This document shows positions 1 through 15,400 of a stretch of 64,000 nt of DNA, one piece after another. The stretch is from positions 8,680,001-8,744,000 of the forward strand of contig JAGIQG010000038.1 in the NCBI GenBank assembly GCA_024679065.1, read 5' to 3'. Source of the stretch: Sphyrna mokarran (Eukaryota). How positions within the stretch are numbered: position 1 is the stretch's first letter; each line of letters begins with the position of its first letter. A program made the position numbers and the translations under genes. The notes under the pieces were generated by a model that did not search any database, was not told where the DNA came from, and worked only from the letters and a program-made list of their open reading frames with translations.

Positions 1-99
1 TTGAACAGACTCAAATGTTTACACATCCCAAAAAGCAATTTAGCCACATTTACACACGCATGAAAACGACAGGTTAAAAAAAAACAAACATTTGAATCC

Positions 100-228
100 A
101 GCTGACAAAGGATCATCTAGACTCCAAATGTTGGCTCTATGCTCTCCCCACCGATACAGTCAGATCTGCTGAGATTTTCCAGTATTTTGTTTTTCAGATA
201 CCAGCATCTGCAGTATTTTGCTTTTAAA
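100..228 (+). mobile_element. Penelope-like element terminal repeat fragment
   Basis: ctgacaaaggatcatctagactcc...gacctgctgag...ttccag pattern recurs at 1690-1810, 24680-24810, 28185-28420, 30820-30920, 62110-62230, 63458-63548. Confidence 0.55.
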
Positions 229-376
229 ATTTGAAAAATAGCTGAATAATGGATTTTAAACCCTTGCAAAACTAGTTATAACTTGGTTACTATGCTGCCC
301 TACAATCACATTTCTATTTGACAGAATTAAATACTACTGAAAACATAATTCAGCAAGCCAGTATCTTCATACTTAC

Positions 377-439
377 ATCATCCATTCCATCTACGTCTGG
401 GATGTCACCATCATCATCTCCCCCCATATTGTTCATCAT
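377..439 (-). CDS. PTGES3: PTGES3 exon 6 (63 nt, MMNNMGGDDDGDIPDVDGMDD)
   Basis: cttttag|ATG...GAT|gtaagt. Confidence 0.95.
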
Positions 440-3400
440 CTAAAAGAAGTTTTTTTAAATTTAAATTTTTTCCCAAAACGTTATTTCATTCTATTGCAAT
501 ATACATTAAAAAGGAACAAATGAGATATTGGGTTGGTGCCAGGTACATACCAGGATAGTCCCAGTTCAATCTCTAATCAGTGCCAAACTGACCACAGCTA
601 GGATGCCCTAATTCCTCAGGAACACGGAAAAAGGAGCGTATAACGAGCAATGATTCATTGCCTTCACTCTCCATTGATCTCATTAGAAAATAGCACTAAT
701 AAAGTTGAGTAGCAGCAAACTAAGTCAGGCCATCCAATCTGTTTTAACCTCCTATCTGTGCCCGCAAATAACCAGCCACACTTGGCTAGGCACTGGAGGA
801 CCGAGAAGGGGCACAGAACTGAACTCAATGCAAATCATTTTCCAAAGGAAAAAGGTTTGCCATTGACACCAGTTCAAGTTTGATGAGCTTTTTGACAATA
901 TGTTTTATTCAGTTATGTGTTAAAGGCACAAAATATTTTTCTCTTCAGAAACAGGAGATAATGGCAGTGATGTTGTCACTTAACTAGCAGTCCAGAGACC
1001 CAGGTTCAAAGCCCATCCTGGCAGATTGAACTCAAATCTGGAATGAAAGTCCAATAACACGACCACGAAATCATTGCTGATCATTGTAAAGATTCATCTG
1101 ACCCTTTAGGGAAGGTAATCTGTGATCCTTACCCAGTTTGGCCTACATGTGACTCCAGATCCACGGCAATGTGACTGACTCAAATGCCCTAAAACACGGG
1201 GGCGAGATGTTACCTGCAGTGCATGCTCTGGGCATTAAGCACACAGGAAGGCAAGTGCCAGAGCAGATAGAAGACCCAAACTCAGCAAGAAGTGAGGCAT
1301 AGTTTTAAAAAAAAAAAATACTGGAGCAAGTTCAACGCTTTCCAGGATTTTCCTTTCCCAGGTCAAGTTTCCTCCTTCAGGTAAAATATACTGATGATCA
1401 AAATGTCACATAATATGCATGACACCAAAAAAAGTTAAAAAGGAGTAATAATTTGCTAATTCCAAACATGGAGACATTCTTACCTGTGAGAACTTTTCAA
1501 AGCTGGACAGATCTTCTTCTTCTGGATCATCATCCCAATCTCTCCAGTTATTGAAATCCACTTTGAGCCAGTTTAACTGTTTAAAAAGTGGTCAGTCAGT
1601 AATTCGAAGCAAGTGATATGGGATAGTAAAAAACAAATATAGCAATGACAAATGCAAACTATTTTTAATGTACATATCCAGCATCCACAAAGTGCTGAAA
1701 ATACTCAGGTCTGACACTTTGTAGAGAGCACAAAAGTAATACTCAAATCAAAACATGAACTGTTTCTCTTTCCACAGGTTCAGCCAGACCGGAGTTTTTC
1801 TGGGACTGTTTTTAAAAACTTAAATATTGCAATGATCTCAGTTACCTTTGCCTTTTCTTTGGTTAACCGTGGCCATGCTTGACCAGATTCTCCTTTTCTT
1901 AAATAGCACAAAACAGATCTGTCTGTCCGCTTATGTTTGGAATCCTACAGAATATATTAAGAGACATCCAAATTAAGCAGATTGGAATACTAACTTGCAA
2001 CAACAATGCCTATTTTAGCACATTTAAACAGGCGAGTTAAAAACAACATGTTGGACTGCTATAGGATAATATTTCTCCAAGGTCATAATGGGAGGTAAAA
2101 CATCCTGTCAGCAACATTCATACATTCCCTATCAGTTCAGGAGTAACAGGGCCTAAGGCTCAGGAGTAGATCATCTAACTACAAAACAGGGGCAGAAAAA
2201 TATCTCAATCTACTCAAAAAAACGCAACCCCCAACTACAGTGGTACCCCAATTTTACATGCCCTGATTTAACGCAAAATCAGAAATGACGGATGGACTTT
2301 TTTTTTTGCTTTTTCCAGTTTAGTGATTTAACACAACTGCGACAACATTTTATGGAACCCAACCATAGCGTTACAACAGGGCTGCGCTGTATATACAATT
2401 TTATTAACGTAAGCAAGACCACTTCCCCAACTACTGCAACCCTTTTTTAAAGAATGTAATACATCTACAGAAAAGTGAACCACAGTTACTTTGGTGGCAA
2501 ACTGAACAAATGCACCAGCAGAGTTTGGGAATGGGTCATCAGCATGCTTTTTTGGCTAAGAAATGGAACTGGAATAGAAATATAAATTCTTCACGTGATC
2601 ACCAATACTTACACTTGGGTCAATTGCATTATAAAGGTTAACTTCGTTAAAGTGTTTCACGTTCTCAGCTCCTCCAAGACAGCTACATGGAAAGAGACAA
2701 GGCATACAAAAAGTGTTACTATCCTGCTCTGAATCACAGCATTTTTAAAATATAATTTTGCTAGGATTAAGTTATGCTTATTCAAGATTATATTTTAATT
2801 TACATGCATTCCACATTTTATGGTTCATATTCCAAAACAATCTGTGAAAGTCCGCAGAAGTGTTATAGCAAAAGGTGCAGCCTTTAGAGTGTGAGACCAC
2901 ATAGCTAAAAGAAAACCTTTGCATTGTAGCTAGGCATCTTCCAGGTATAAACTTTTAAATCAGAACTGGAAAAAAAAACTGTTCTAGCCGCAACTGCAAC
3001 TCCAAACATTTCTTTGCCAATTTGGTTTGTTGCCCCACTCCCAATTACTCATCACTGGTCTTCTACACTGTTAATGAAGTTGAACACAAGATTTGAGGAA
3101 CAGCACTTCGAGCAGCCAGCATAATTAAGGACCCCACACACTCCGGACATTCTCTTCCGTCAGGAAAACGATATAAAAGTTTGTCATATACCAATCGACT
3201 CGAGCTTCTTCCCTGCTGCCAGACTTTTGCATGGACCCACCTTGTATTAAGTTGATCGTTCTTTACACTCGAACTATGACTAACACTACATTCTGCACGC
3301 TTTCTTCTCTATGAACAGTATGCTTGTCTGTATAGCACACAAGAAAATACTTTTCACTGTATACTAAAACATGCAACAATAAATCAAAAATCTACTGGGA

Positions 3401-6400
3401 AAATTTAATCCTATATTCTTAATACTGACTCCAAGGACATCAGACCTCAACCATAGTGTACATCATCTCATGGGCAATGGACACTAACATAGTAGAATGG
3501 ATGTGCTATAACTTCCAGCAAAACAATGTCTCTTCTTCAAACACCCTCCTGTCCCCAACCGTCATAACAGTGCTGGCAGGATGGTTTACATCCTTGCTGT
3601 CAACTTGTTAATGCAACCTGCATGCATTGCCCATCCAATTTGGCTGCCATCTCCTATCTTCTTCTGCATTCTATTATGCTGCATTTGGTCTTCTGCTTAC
3701 ATCAGCCATACCCATTTACCTACCAATGGTACTTTGATGCATATACGTTCTCCCAGTTCCCTCCACAATCCCCATCCACAATATCTCAGTGCTGAAAAAA
3801 AGTTTATATCAGAGAAATGAATGATTTCCATTAGATGAAGGAGAATCTGTTAAGTCTTCAGGATGTTTATTTTAGCATCTGCTTTTTACCATTTGGGGAA
3901 CAGAAGGGAGGTGATAATAGCTGAGACCAATCCTCCTGCCCAAATATTAACATGCAGGCTGGACTAATCAAGAGTGGTCATTGGGCAGCCACAACAATGA
4001 AGTCTTGGTGGCTTTTCTCCTATTCCAACCTTAAGACATAAGCCATATAACTGGTGCTCTCAATGTCCAGGTGAAAACCAAAGACCTTCAAAACCTCTGA
4101 TTCAATACTACATTGAGCAGTGCACTTACCAAGTGAGCCATTAAACCTTTATCAAAAAGGAATTGAACAAGGGTGGAAATAAATTTGAGCATGTTCATTA
4201 TTTAATCTATATTTAAACCTGCAGAATTCCATTACCACATGTAGGTTAAGGTTATTATTTGAAATGAAAGTTTTCAGCAAAAATGGACAAAATGACCCCT
4301 CACTTCAAAATTATATTGTGCTAATGCTGCTAGCTCCTCATATACAGATCTCACACAGCCAACTGCAATAAAGTAAACTTGCTGCATTTAAAACCCAGCT
4401 AAAAAGTCTGCAGTGCAAACCCTAGGTTAGGAGCCCGAGAAGCTCCAGGACCCCTGTAAAGAATAATGCATGGAGAAAATCTTCCTTTTCACGAATGTGG
4501 GAGTGCAGAAGGGAAAGAAAAAAGTCATCTGAAATGGTGGACAACACACTAAAACAAAAAACCCTAGAGAAAAATCAGACCATTTTCTACCTCAAGTTTA
4601 AAAAAAGAGGGTCATAAGGCTGCCAAATTGAGTGAACCCCTTCCTGACTTTGGTCTCAAAACGAAACTAGAGTATACAAGCGACAACAAAGTCAAAATCT
4701 GCCACTCCCTTCAGTTCAATTTATAAACAAAATGCACAAAGTCCTGGGTTTGATTCCCCATTCCATGCTGTTAGTTGATGACAGCCAAGATAGCAGTTGC
4801 AATGGCTTCAGACTGGGAAAAATTTGCGAGCTTTTGCGCAAAGATACTTCACATTCATACGCAGCTCTAGGTATAAATTGCAATTTCAAATATGCCCTTT
4901 TAATACTGATCTGACGTCCCATCTTCAGGAGCTCAACGCATCAAACATGTGCTGCCATTTGCCTAACTTGCACTATAGTGCACAATAGGAACTTAATTGC
5001 AGGTTCATGGGCATACTGTACCATATTTTCAGAACAGCAGTGCAGATTCAGATGTTGCCATTTCACCCAATACACATTATCTCTTTGCAAAAGCCACGCA
5101 AAGCTTTTTTTTTGGGGGGGGTGAAGGAGGGAAGGAGAGAGGGAGGTAGAGGTAGAGAAGCAAAATAACTGGCTCTCTAATATACAGTTGTGTGTTTAAC
5201 ATTTCTGTAAATTATTGATAGTAAGCTCAAGTCGACAGATACACATGGCAGCCACTGGTGCATAGTTGGCATCACCCTCAGGTTGGGGGAACACTTGAGA
5301 TCCCACCCTTATTTGGTGACAATTGCTGATAAGGAAGGACACAACTAGACCCAGTTTTAATGCTCTCCACAGTCAATGCCTCCCAATTATGCATCATCCA
5401 TGATCATTTGATCAAGATACCAGAGGGCTCCAATGCCAATTAAACTATAAAAGATAAGCCAGCAACTTGGTCAGACAAGATGACGACTTTTAAAATAACC
5501 AGATAAGAAAGATAAATTCACCACCCACACAGCAACCTACTGCAAAACAATTTACCCTCCCATTATAAATATACAGCACGCACCAATTTTAAAATGGAAA
5601 TTAAACTATTACAACTGCTTTGCTAAGAAGCATAATGTTTTTAATTAGCATATGATTCAATGGTAACTTGCTTTAAGCCTCATGGTTTTAACAGAATTGC
5701 ACAAAGGCCCAAATTAATCTTCTGAATAACTGTGGTAAGATCATTGGATACTGTCATCTCTCAATAAGAGATTATCCAATTATCTAATGCTGAAGGAAAC
5801 AGAGGCAATGCACAAACAGGCTTTTTCTCAAGAGATCCTGCACTGCACACTTTCTGGGAAACCAACTCAAAAGTACTGGCAGAAAGATCTGAAAGCCTCT
5901 TCAGCTGCTACTCAAGGTGAGAGAGGACTGTATATTAGAAGTACAAACAAAATTGATGGCTTCTGATAATTAACATATGCACTTCCATATCATGGCAACC
6001 GGCAAAGTTTAAAATTTCAAGTATTTACATATGTTTAAAACACAAAAAACAAATTTTCCATCCAGAGCTCACATCACCAACTGTGGTGATCAGCTCAAGT
6101 CATCTTCATAATTCAGCATGGTCAACACTTAAGGAAAAACCACAAGATGAGCATACTTTCCCCCATGTCTGCATAGTCCCTGTGGTAGCTTTACATGCCA
6201 CGCCAAATTCCCAATTACAATGATCCCAGTTTGCAACATTTGAGCCTTCCCTCAAGAGAAACTTGAGAAATTTGGTCAGTGCATTACTTTTCATGTGTTA
6301 GTTTATCCTGATAATACAGCATTTTGATGGCCCAGATTTGCGCTTAGAGCAACAGGATGCAGATTCAGAATGTTCATTGTGAATTGCTAATCTCAGGCTG

Positions 6401-9400
6401 TATCCAGGTGCATCCACAGTGAAGAAAATATTTAAGGGGAAGGTTTCTAGACTACAACCACACACCTCTTGTCAGCCAGTATAAGAATAGTACTGGTATG
6501 CTCATTTAGTCAAGCAACAGCACGTAACAATGGGAAGACACAAAGGAAAACAGATAGAAGGGAGACAGGAGAGCGAGAGAAAGAAATACGCAAAATACAT
6601 TAGTGCTGACTGAAATCTCTTGCGCAATGCTAAGGCATTCTTTCATGACAGAAAAATGAATTCAATCTTTTGTTGACCACAAGTCTTTATAGTTAATATT
6701 CTAAAATGGAATGGCTTAAATAAAATTGGGTGCTGTGCAGTAAAACAATCCCAGTGCAAAGGTTACGCTGACAGATTTTTGTGACCAAGTCTCAAAAATA
6801 CAAGTGTTGCCAATGTCAGCGCTTATAATTACCAGATTAAAATACTACAACTTTTATGAACAATAATGAGAAATGCTATTACTAGACTAGAGCCCAGATT
6901 CTTTTCAAACACATTTAAGATGTGAAATAAAGCTGTCCCTAAGCTTATGACAGACATTGACATAAATGGGATTGAATATCTACTACGTACCTGAATGTAA
7001 ACTTCTCTTTTTCAAAATTTATTTCAACATCCTTACTGTCTTCTACACAAAATTCAACAAAGACGTAGTCTCTTCGGTCATACCACTTTGCAGAAGCTGG
7101 CTGCCTAAAAGCATTATGGGAGTGAAAACAATCAAAGTTTGTGTGAAAAAAGGCCACAAGTTCTCAAAGCCACATGCAAAACATTCCAAAAGTGACTTTA
7201 GTGCAATTCAGTCTCTAGGTTCTGTTGCTGTGGAAAAACAATTGCATTAGGTCAGAGGTTCCCAAACTTTGGGCCAGGTGGAGAGAGCAGAGCAAGTGAA
7301 GAGCTGTCACTCTTCACTTGGCTATGGTCTCATAGCCAAGGGGTTCATTTAAGGAGTGATCTTACCTCAGCAGAGGTGTTTGAATTGTCAATAACATGTA
7401 GAAACCAACTCTGGACCCAGATACTAGAACGGAGATCAAATGCCTGATTCTAGACAGCAGCAGGGATTTAAATGCCTCTGCTGCACTGCGATCACCCCAT
7501 ACTGCATTCTTTTATGGTTATACAATGTTGCTTCAATTAAAATTAAAGACAAATTTCCAAGTGCTACGCGAAAAGCAAGAGATCTTGAAGCAGTTAGCTA
7601 TGATGCACACAATCTCTATACGTATTAAGGACAGGGTGAGCATTTTAGAACTACAATTTCTCCACAGCGTTTAAAATCAGAGGATTTAATGCTGTTATCT
7701 TTTTTTGTGGGGGGGGGGGGAAGAGCGAGTGAGACCGTGCGCAAGACAGAGAGAGAGAGAGAGAGAGAATGACTATATTTGAATGGGATATGAATCTCTG
7801 CAGGGAGGGGTGCATGCATCCAACGCTTGGGATCCTCTGAGCTAGTAATCAGAACCACAGATCCAAATGCAGCTTCACAACCCACTGCAAATATCCTATA
7901 GAAATTAACGACATCATTTAAGCAAATTGTGTGGATTCTCTTTTGCCCGTACACAGCATCGAGGCCCCATGCCTGCGATGATATTAAAATACTACACAAA
8001 TGCAGGATTGCATAAAAGCAAAAAGAAAATAGTGATTATATATGGGGCAAGGTCAGAAAGGTAAAAGATAATGGCAACACAAACAAGCCCATACTACAGT
8101 TTTGGTATTACATTACTATAAATAAAGTTCATAGAGAATACAAGATGTGGAACACTGAATTGCATATTAGAAAAACCAATGGCAAAACAAATAAATGAAA
8201 TTTTATTTTCATAGAATTCTACACTATTCCCTCCTGAAGGCAAGTACCGAATGTTTTGGCCTAACTGGCTCGTGTGATCAGGGGCTTGGCCAGTCAACTA
8301 TTTTCAGTTTTGCTTGCATCATTGCTTGGCATGACAACCTCAACTGAGGTAGCTGGGCACAAAGCTAACATTTTGTATCTGTTAGCAACTTCTCAGACTC
8401 TGATTTGGAGAGCAGTAGTGACATTTAGCCAATAAGTATATTCAGCCTAGATATTAAATAGAATTCTCCATTTCCCAATGCTGGTTTAGTGTTCAAACAT
8501 TAATCCTCAGCTTTCTTTAGAAATAGACAATTGCCTCAAAACAGGTTCAAGTCATACTTGTTTCCATTTTTTATTTTTTTCCAAAAAGCCGGTATCAGAA
8601 AGCAGAGTTGCTGCACTTGATCACTAACCAGAGGGGAAAAGTATGCAAATTCTGAGATCTTTTGCAGAAAACGTATTTATGACCACAAAATCTGCAATTT
8701 ACTAAATCATAGCCATTAACTGTTAAAGCTCACTTGTAACAATGGCCACCTAGGCACCAAACATCAGCTATGTGAAACAATATCTGAGCAACACATTAGC
8801 AGCAAAATAAACGGATGGAGAAAGGAGTGGCTCATTAAAGGAACTAAGTGAGGAAGCAAAACAAAAATGAAATGAGTCAAGCTTTCATTTGTGCAGAAAG
8901 GAAGAGAACATTCAGAGAACAACCAGGTTGCAGGGGATATTGTGCACCAATTTTTGCATAGCATCTCTGGCTACTCCCATGACAGTAAAAATGCTCAAAG
9001 TTTTCTATCACCTAGATTAACAGAATCCCCATTAATGTAGGTCTCTATCAGAAAATACAATGCAGAGCTTTAATACAATATATTGAGATAGCATGTAAAC
9101 ACATGGAATGTCACAGAATTACAAACCTCTAATTCCAGGACCCTTGACAGCAATGCTATTGCCCATGTGAGTTTGCCTATGCACTTGTTTGCAATAAAAA
9201 CAAAACCAATAAGAACACAATTAACATCTAACATTGGTTAGATTGTTGCCTTACTAAATTGTCAGAATTTAGGCTCAGGTGTAGCACAAGAACAAAGCAT
9301 CAGAATTCTGCCAATCCTCAGGCTGAGAAAAAAAAAGTGGGGGTGGTACAAGAGGAGGAAGAGTTTAAAATACAGCACAAAACTAGTTTCATTTGTACAC

Positions 9401-12400
9401 TCTCAGTTTAGGTCAACACCAAAATTTGCTTTCAAGGGAAGTCTACCTCTAGGCCATTTCCTTCACTTCATTGCCACAGCAGTCTGCTTCCAATGCACAC
9501 CTGTTACCAGGAGTGCAGGACAGTAGTCCAGTTCAGAACATCTATTGTTTGCATCCTTTATATTTGAGAGAGGGGAAAGAGTGCGCACTTGTCCATTGCT
9601 CTTCACAGGTTGCATTCAAAATTGCATTTGCAGTCACATTCTCTCCTCTCTCTCCCTCCCAAATAATTGCACCTCTACAAACCAGGGATCGCCTGACGTG
9701 AATAATACCCCATATCATAGAATCCCTAGTGCGGAAGGGGCCATTCGGCCCATCGACTTTGCACCAAACACAATCCCACCCGAGCCCTATTCCCGCAACC
9801 ACATTTACCCTGTTAATCCCCCTAGCACTACATCAATTTAGTATGACCAATCAACCTAACCCACACATCATTGCACTGTGGGAGGAAATCTGAGCAACCG
9901 AAGGAAGCCCACACAAAGGGAGAATGTGCAAACTCATGGCTAATCCATTTGACCTACACATCTTAGGACACTAAGACAATTTAGCGTGGCCAATCCACCT
10001 AACTTGATAGAAATGTCACTACTGTGGTGACACTAAAACCAGATCTTTTCTAAACACAAAAATCAAAGACAAACTAGCAAATACGTACAACTGAAATGTC
10101 TGAAATTTAAAAGTCAGACTGTTAAAAGGCTTATGGATGACATGAAGCATCTTTAGTTTCAGGCAAATCAGATTTTAAATTTGAAGCGACCACCTTCTCA
10201 AAGAAATATAAGAATCTTCATCCACTGTCACAGATGACAACAAAATGACAATACTAAATAGTTATTTGAATTAAAATCCTGATCCATGCATTACATGCAT
10301 AAAAAAACATTAGAAATGAGTGCTAGAGGACTGGAGGACAACTGTTATTCCTATATTTAAAAAATGGAAACTAAGCAAGGTCAGGTAACTACAGACCAGT
10401 TAGCTTGACAGGAACAGAACAGAAATCTTTACTCAAAGGGAACAGAAAAAAGTCCAACAGGTTAAGTTGGTAGCATGGGCTCTCAGTGCTGCTTCTTCAT
10501 CAGGTCAGCAACACTCCAAAAGCTCATGCCATCAAATAAGCTTGTTGGATTTTAACCTGGTGTTGAGACTTACTGTGCCCACCTCAGTCCAACACCAGCA
10601 TCTCCGCATCAGGAATAGAAAGAGGTCTAAAAACAAATAGTCAGCACAGACTTCAAAAAAAAAGTCATGCTTTAACTAATCAGATGCAAAGAATTCACAA
10701 AAAAGTAGACATGAGCCATGCAGTATGTTTGGATTTTTGAAAGGCTTTTGATGATCTTTGTTTACTGGACTCATGATTAAGAGCAAGTCAGGACAGACAG
10801 CCAAATTGATTGCAAGTTGGCTGCCAAAAAGAACAGAGGGGTCAACAGCAGTTACTCAGATTAACAAAATTATACAGGTGGGAATGGTGCTCTACAGGGA
10901 TCAGTACTAAAACCTTTATTGTTCACAATTTACATTAGGATTCTGGGGGAAATACAATTCCACATCCTGTTAATACAGAGAATACAAGCATGCAAAATTG
11001 GTGTTTAATTGATAATTTTAGTATATCAAATTTTGGCATACAGATATGCTACATTCTGCGTATACAAGACTAAATGGGGTGGAAGAGCAAAGGTATCTGG
11101 GGCACATTGGTAAATCATGCCTGCGATCCATCTGTCAGACCTTCAGGTTTCACTTCTGAAAAGCACTGCTCAAAGGCAAGAATGTAAAATAGACATGGTG
11201 ATAATGTTATCATTAGAGTAGTAGACCAAACCAGGAGACTACTGTGCCATTAAAAAATCCAATAGGGAATTCAGGGCAAACTTAATTACCTAAAGAGTGG
11301 CAACAATGTGCAACATTACATTAAGTAGCAGCTGAAGCAAATAGCTCAGTTACAGTTATAGGAAGATAGAAAGACAAAGAGGATCCTTCTGATACTTCCA
11401 CCACCGTTGGGGCGTGGGGTGTCATCTGCTTGCCTTTGCTTAGGAGTGGAATTATATTTGAACACACAAGCCTTTTCATGCACCAGGTATCCATTAATTA
11501 TCACTTACATTTTGCAGAGTCTGACAACTGGATTCATAAATCACTTATCCAATGCAGGGTATTGAAAACCCTTTGTAAGAGCAGGATATTTGCTAACAAA
11601 ACCCAAGCGTCACATTATATTCAGAGAAAGCAATAATTAGCACAAACACCATCTGCCAGAAGCACTAAGAGGTTGCACACTGATCAGAAATTCAGCAGCA
11701 TGTTCATTGTATTTACTGAGGAACTGTTTCCACAAAACCAGTGCCCAACATTGTAAAAATCAAAGATTGTGGACATCTGCTATTCCTACAGTAATCACTT
11801 CTACTTCAATAAATTATGCGCACATAAGCTTGTACATAACACTAGGGCAGTGCTGCAGAGGCCAGAATTGCCACCCAACAACCCTGGCATACTTCCATGG
11901 CTACATGCAGATCAGAAGAAATGTCATGCAGCAACAAGTTGCCAGTTTGGCAGCAAAACCAAAAGACTTGCATTTGTTTAGCATCTTTCACAACCAGAAG
12001 TCTCAAAGCACTTCACAGCCAATGAGATGCTTTTGAAACGTAATCACTATTGGAATGTAGGAAATACAGCAGCCAATTTGCGCAAAATAAACTTCCACAA
12101 ATAGTAACGTAATAATGGTTTTCTAATGTCGACTGAGATAAATATTGACCCGGACACCATGGGTAACCCTCCTGCTCTTCAAAATAGTACAATGGGATCT
12201 TTCTCCTCTTTTCCCACTTACCCCCCAGATAACTTCTTACTCTGTTCATTTTCTCTCTAGTCTTGTACGTTACTTGACAAAACAAGACTTGAATATACAA
12301 TATATTTCTCATTAGTTGAGGGTCACAGAAAAATAGCATATAACCATCCACACACACTTTTGTTCAAGAGCATAGCATCAGCTTTATTTGAAGTTTTCCT

Positions 12401-15400
12401 TGCAAATGAGATTTCAGATAGGCTGCATGTGTTTGTCCCTTTTTTGAGGGTGATCATCATCATCAATATTAACGTCACATCATTTTCTACATCTTCCAGG
12501 GGGGCTTCTTTGCACACAAATGAGCCATTTAATCATTTAAGTGCATCAGACAAGCAATTCTTCCATGTTTGAAAGGGCCATACTGTCACATTGCAAGAGA
12601 AATCACAATCTAATTGTTCCAAAATGTTTTAGTCACTTTGAAATGTCATTGTAGACAAGACAGGAGATATTTCTGCCCACACCACAAGTCCAAATGAGAT
12701 GATTCACCAAATTTGTTGATCAAGGTTGAAATGCTTGACTTTTAAATTGCTTTTATCAACTTGACCAGAGCAGCATACCATGTCAGATCCCTACCATGGC
12801 AAAGATTCTCACTATGAACTCTTGGTTCAGCACATCAAGAACTTAGATTCCAATCCTGCAGGATTCTAGTTTCCAGATAGATTCAAGGTAAATGCAAATA
12901 ATGACACCTGTACGTGATCTCAATCTGACACAAAGCAAAAAGGGAATTTGGAAAAACTTGGCAAAGTTTAGCTGCATTAGAAAAATATATCAAATACAAT
13001 GCACTGACAAGTTGGGGTGCTCCCTGATCTGTCAGGAACACGCTCAAGAGTTTCGGGCATCTATTCTGTTTGGCTTCTGCTGAATCAGACATCCAGGGAG
13101 GTCAGGATCAAATTATATAGCTGCTGGACTGAGTCTCTAGCAGATGGCAACAGATCCAACAAAAGCAAAAAGAACCTACTGGACTTCACCCTCGCCAATC
13201 AACCTGTGTGCATCATATCATAGCATTTGTAAGAGTGACCACCGCACAATTCCTTGTAAAGAGGAATTTCCAGCTTCACATCAAGGATACCCTTCATGTT
13301 GACGTGTGGCACGACCGTGCTAAATGGGACAGATTTTGAACATATTGAATAACTGAACTGGTCATTCAGAAGACACTGCGGGCTAGAGACATGCATGCCC
13401 CCCATATTCATATAAATCCTGGCTCAATGGTGGAGGGCATGCCAGAAACAAACCAGGCATATCTAAAAATTAGGGCATCAACCTGGTGAAGCTATAACAT
13501 AGGACTACCACATATACTCCAACAGAAACCACCATGCAATAGACAGAGCTAAGCAATACCACAATAGAACATATTTAACCTTTGCAGTCCCATCAATCTA
13601 TTTTTGAATGGCAGTGGACAAGTGAACTGATGGGTGGTGGCTCCACAAATACCCACCTCTACCCTCAAATTATGGTGGGAGCCCAGCACATCAAGGCAAA
13701 AATAAGGCTGAAGCATTTGCAACCATCTTCAGCCAGAAGGGCTGAGCGGGGGATAGTGATTCTTGGCCTCATCCCAAGTTCCCCAAAATCTCCAGTGCCA
13801 GTTTTCAGCCAATTAGATTCACTACACTGAATAAGACAGGCAAAGACATCAAATATTGCAAGGGCATTGAGCCAAGAGCATGACAGCAACTGCACTGAAG
13901 CCTGCACTCCAGAACCAGCCACACCCCTAGCCAAGTTATTCCAGTGCAGCTACAGCACAAGAAATGTGGAAAATTACTCACGTGTCCTATCCACAAAATA
14001 AAACAAGTCAAATCCAACCCTGGTCAATTATTATCCTATTAGTCTATTTTCGAGCAGAAGCAATAGAAAATGTCATTGACAGCACTATCAAGCAACATGC
14101 AGTTAGCAATATCTACTCCCCAATGCTCAGCAATATCTACTCCCCAATGCTCAATCTGGGTTTTATGAGGGCCACTTGGCCCCTGATCGCATTGGTCCAT
14201 ATTTGGACCAATGTTGTAAAGAGCTGAGCTCCAGAAGTGAAGTGGGTGATTGCCCTTAACAGAGAAGCAGCATTTGACCAAGGATGGCATCAAGGAACTC
14301 TGAGTTCATCAGGACCATTTCCTAGGCCCAACCATCTTTAACTGCTTTAACAGCTTTCCATCCATCATAAAGATAGAATTGGGGATGTTTGCTGATGACT
14401 GCACAATGTTCAGCTCCATTTACAACTCCAATACTAAAGCAGTGTGTCTCCATATGCAACAAAGCCTGGACAACATTCAGTCTTGGGCTGCCAACAGCAA
14501 ACAACATATCCACACCACAAGTGTTAGGCAACGTCCATCTCCAATTAGAGACAATCTAACCATCAAAACATTGCATTCAACAACAATACAAAAGCTGAAC
14601 ACCCCCCCACTATCGACATCTTGGGGGCTGCTATTGACCAGAAACTGAACTGGGCCAGCCATGTAAATATAATGGCAACAAGACAAAATCAGAGGCTGGG
14701 AATCCTATATACAGTAATTCACCTAACTCCCCAAATCCTGTCCACCATGCATAAGACATATTAAGAGGCTGATGGAATACTCTCCAATTAGCTGCAACAA
14801 CAAAGCTCAACATCATCCAGGACAAGGCAGTCTGCTTAACTGGCGTTCCACCCACCCCTTCAACACATATACTCTCCTCCACCACAGGTGCACAACAGGA
14901 GTGTACATTTATAAGATATACTGCACAAGATTTCTTTGACATCTTCCAAAACCTCATCCTCCAACATCTAGAAAGAGGAAGACGGCAGAGACATGGGAAG
15001 ACCACCATCCACAGGCTCCTCTCCAAGCCACTCACCACCTTGACTTGGAACCATCACTGTCCCTGGGTCAAAATCTCAGAACTCCTACAGCATTATGGGT
15101 GTACCTACATCACATGGCTCAAAGGCAACTCACCACTACCATCTCAAGGACAACAGAAATGCTAGCCCAGCCAGCAACACCAACATATGAAAAATTAAAG
15201 AAGTCTGCTCAACTCTTGGTCATCTTTGGAAGTGCACATGGGAAAAAACAGAAGTTGAAAATTAAAGATCAACTATAAAAGTGAGCCTGTCATCTTTTGT
15301 ATAGTACATGACTTAGACATTACAGCTTTGGAGAATACCTTGAAAGCTCCCACCTTTTTGTGCTATCACTCAAAACAAAGTGATATTAATAGTCCTAGCT

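Noticed and set aside
7625-7999. 124-aa ORF / possible alternative PTGES3 first exon near the (GA)n and G tracts
   Set aside because: The ORF runs through simple repeats, and the nearest ATG-donor pair is in the wrong phase for exon 2.
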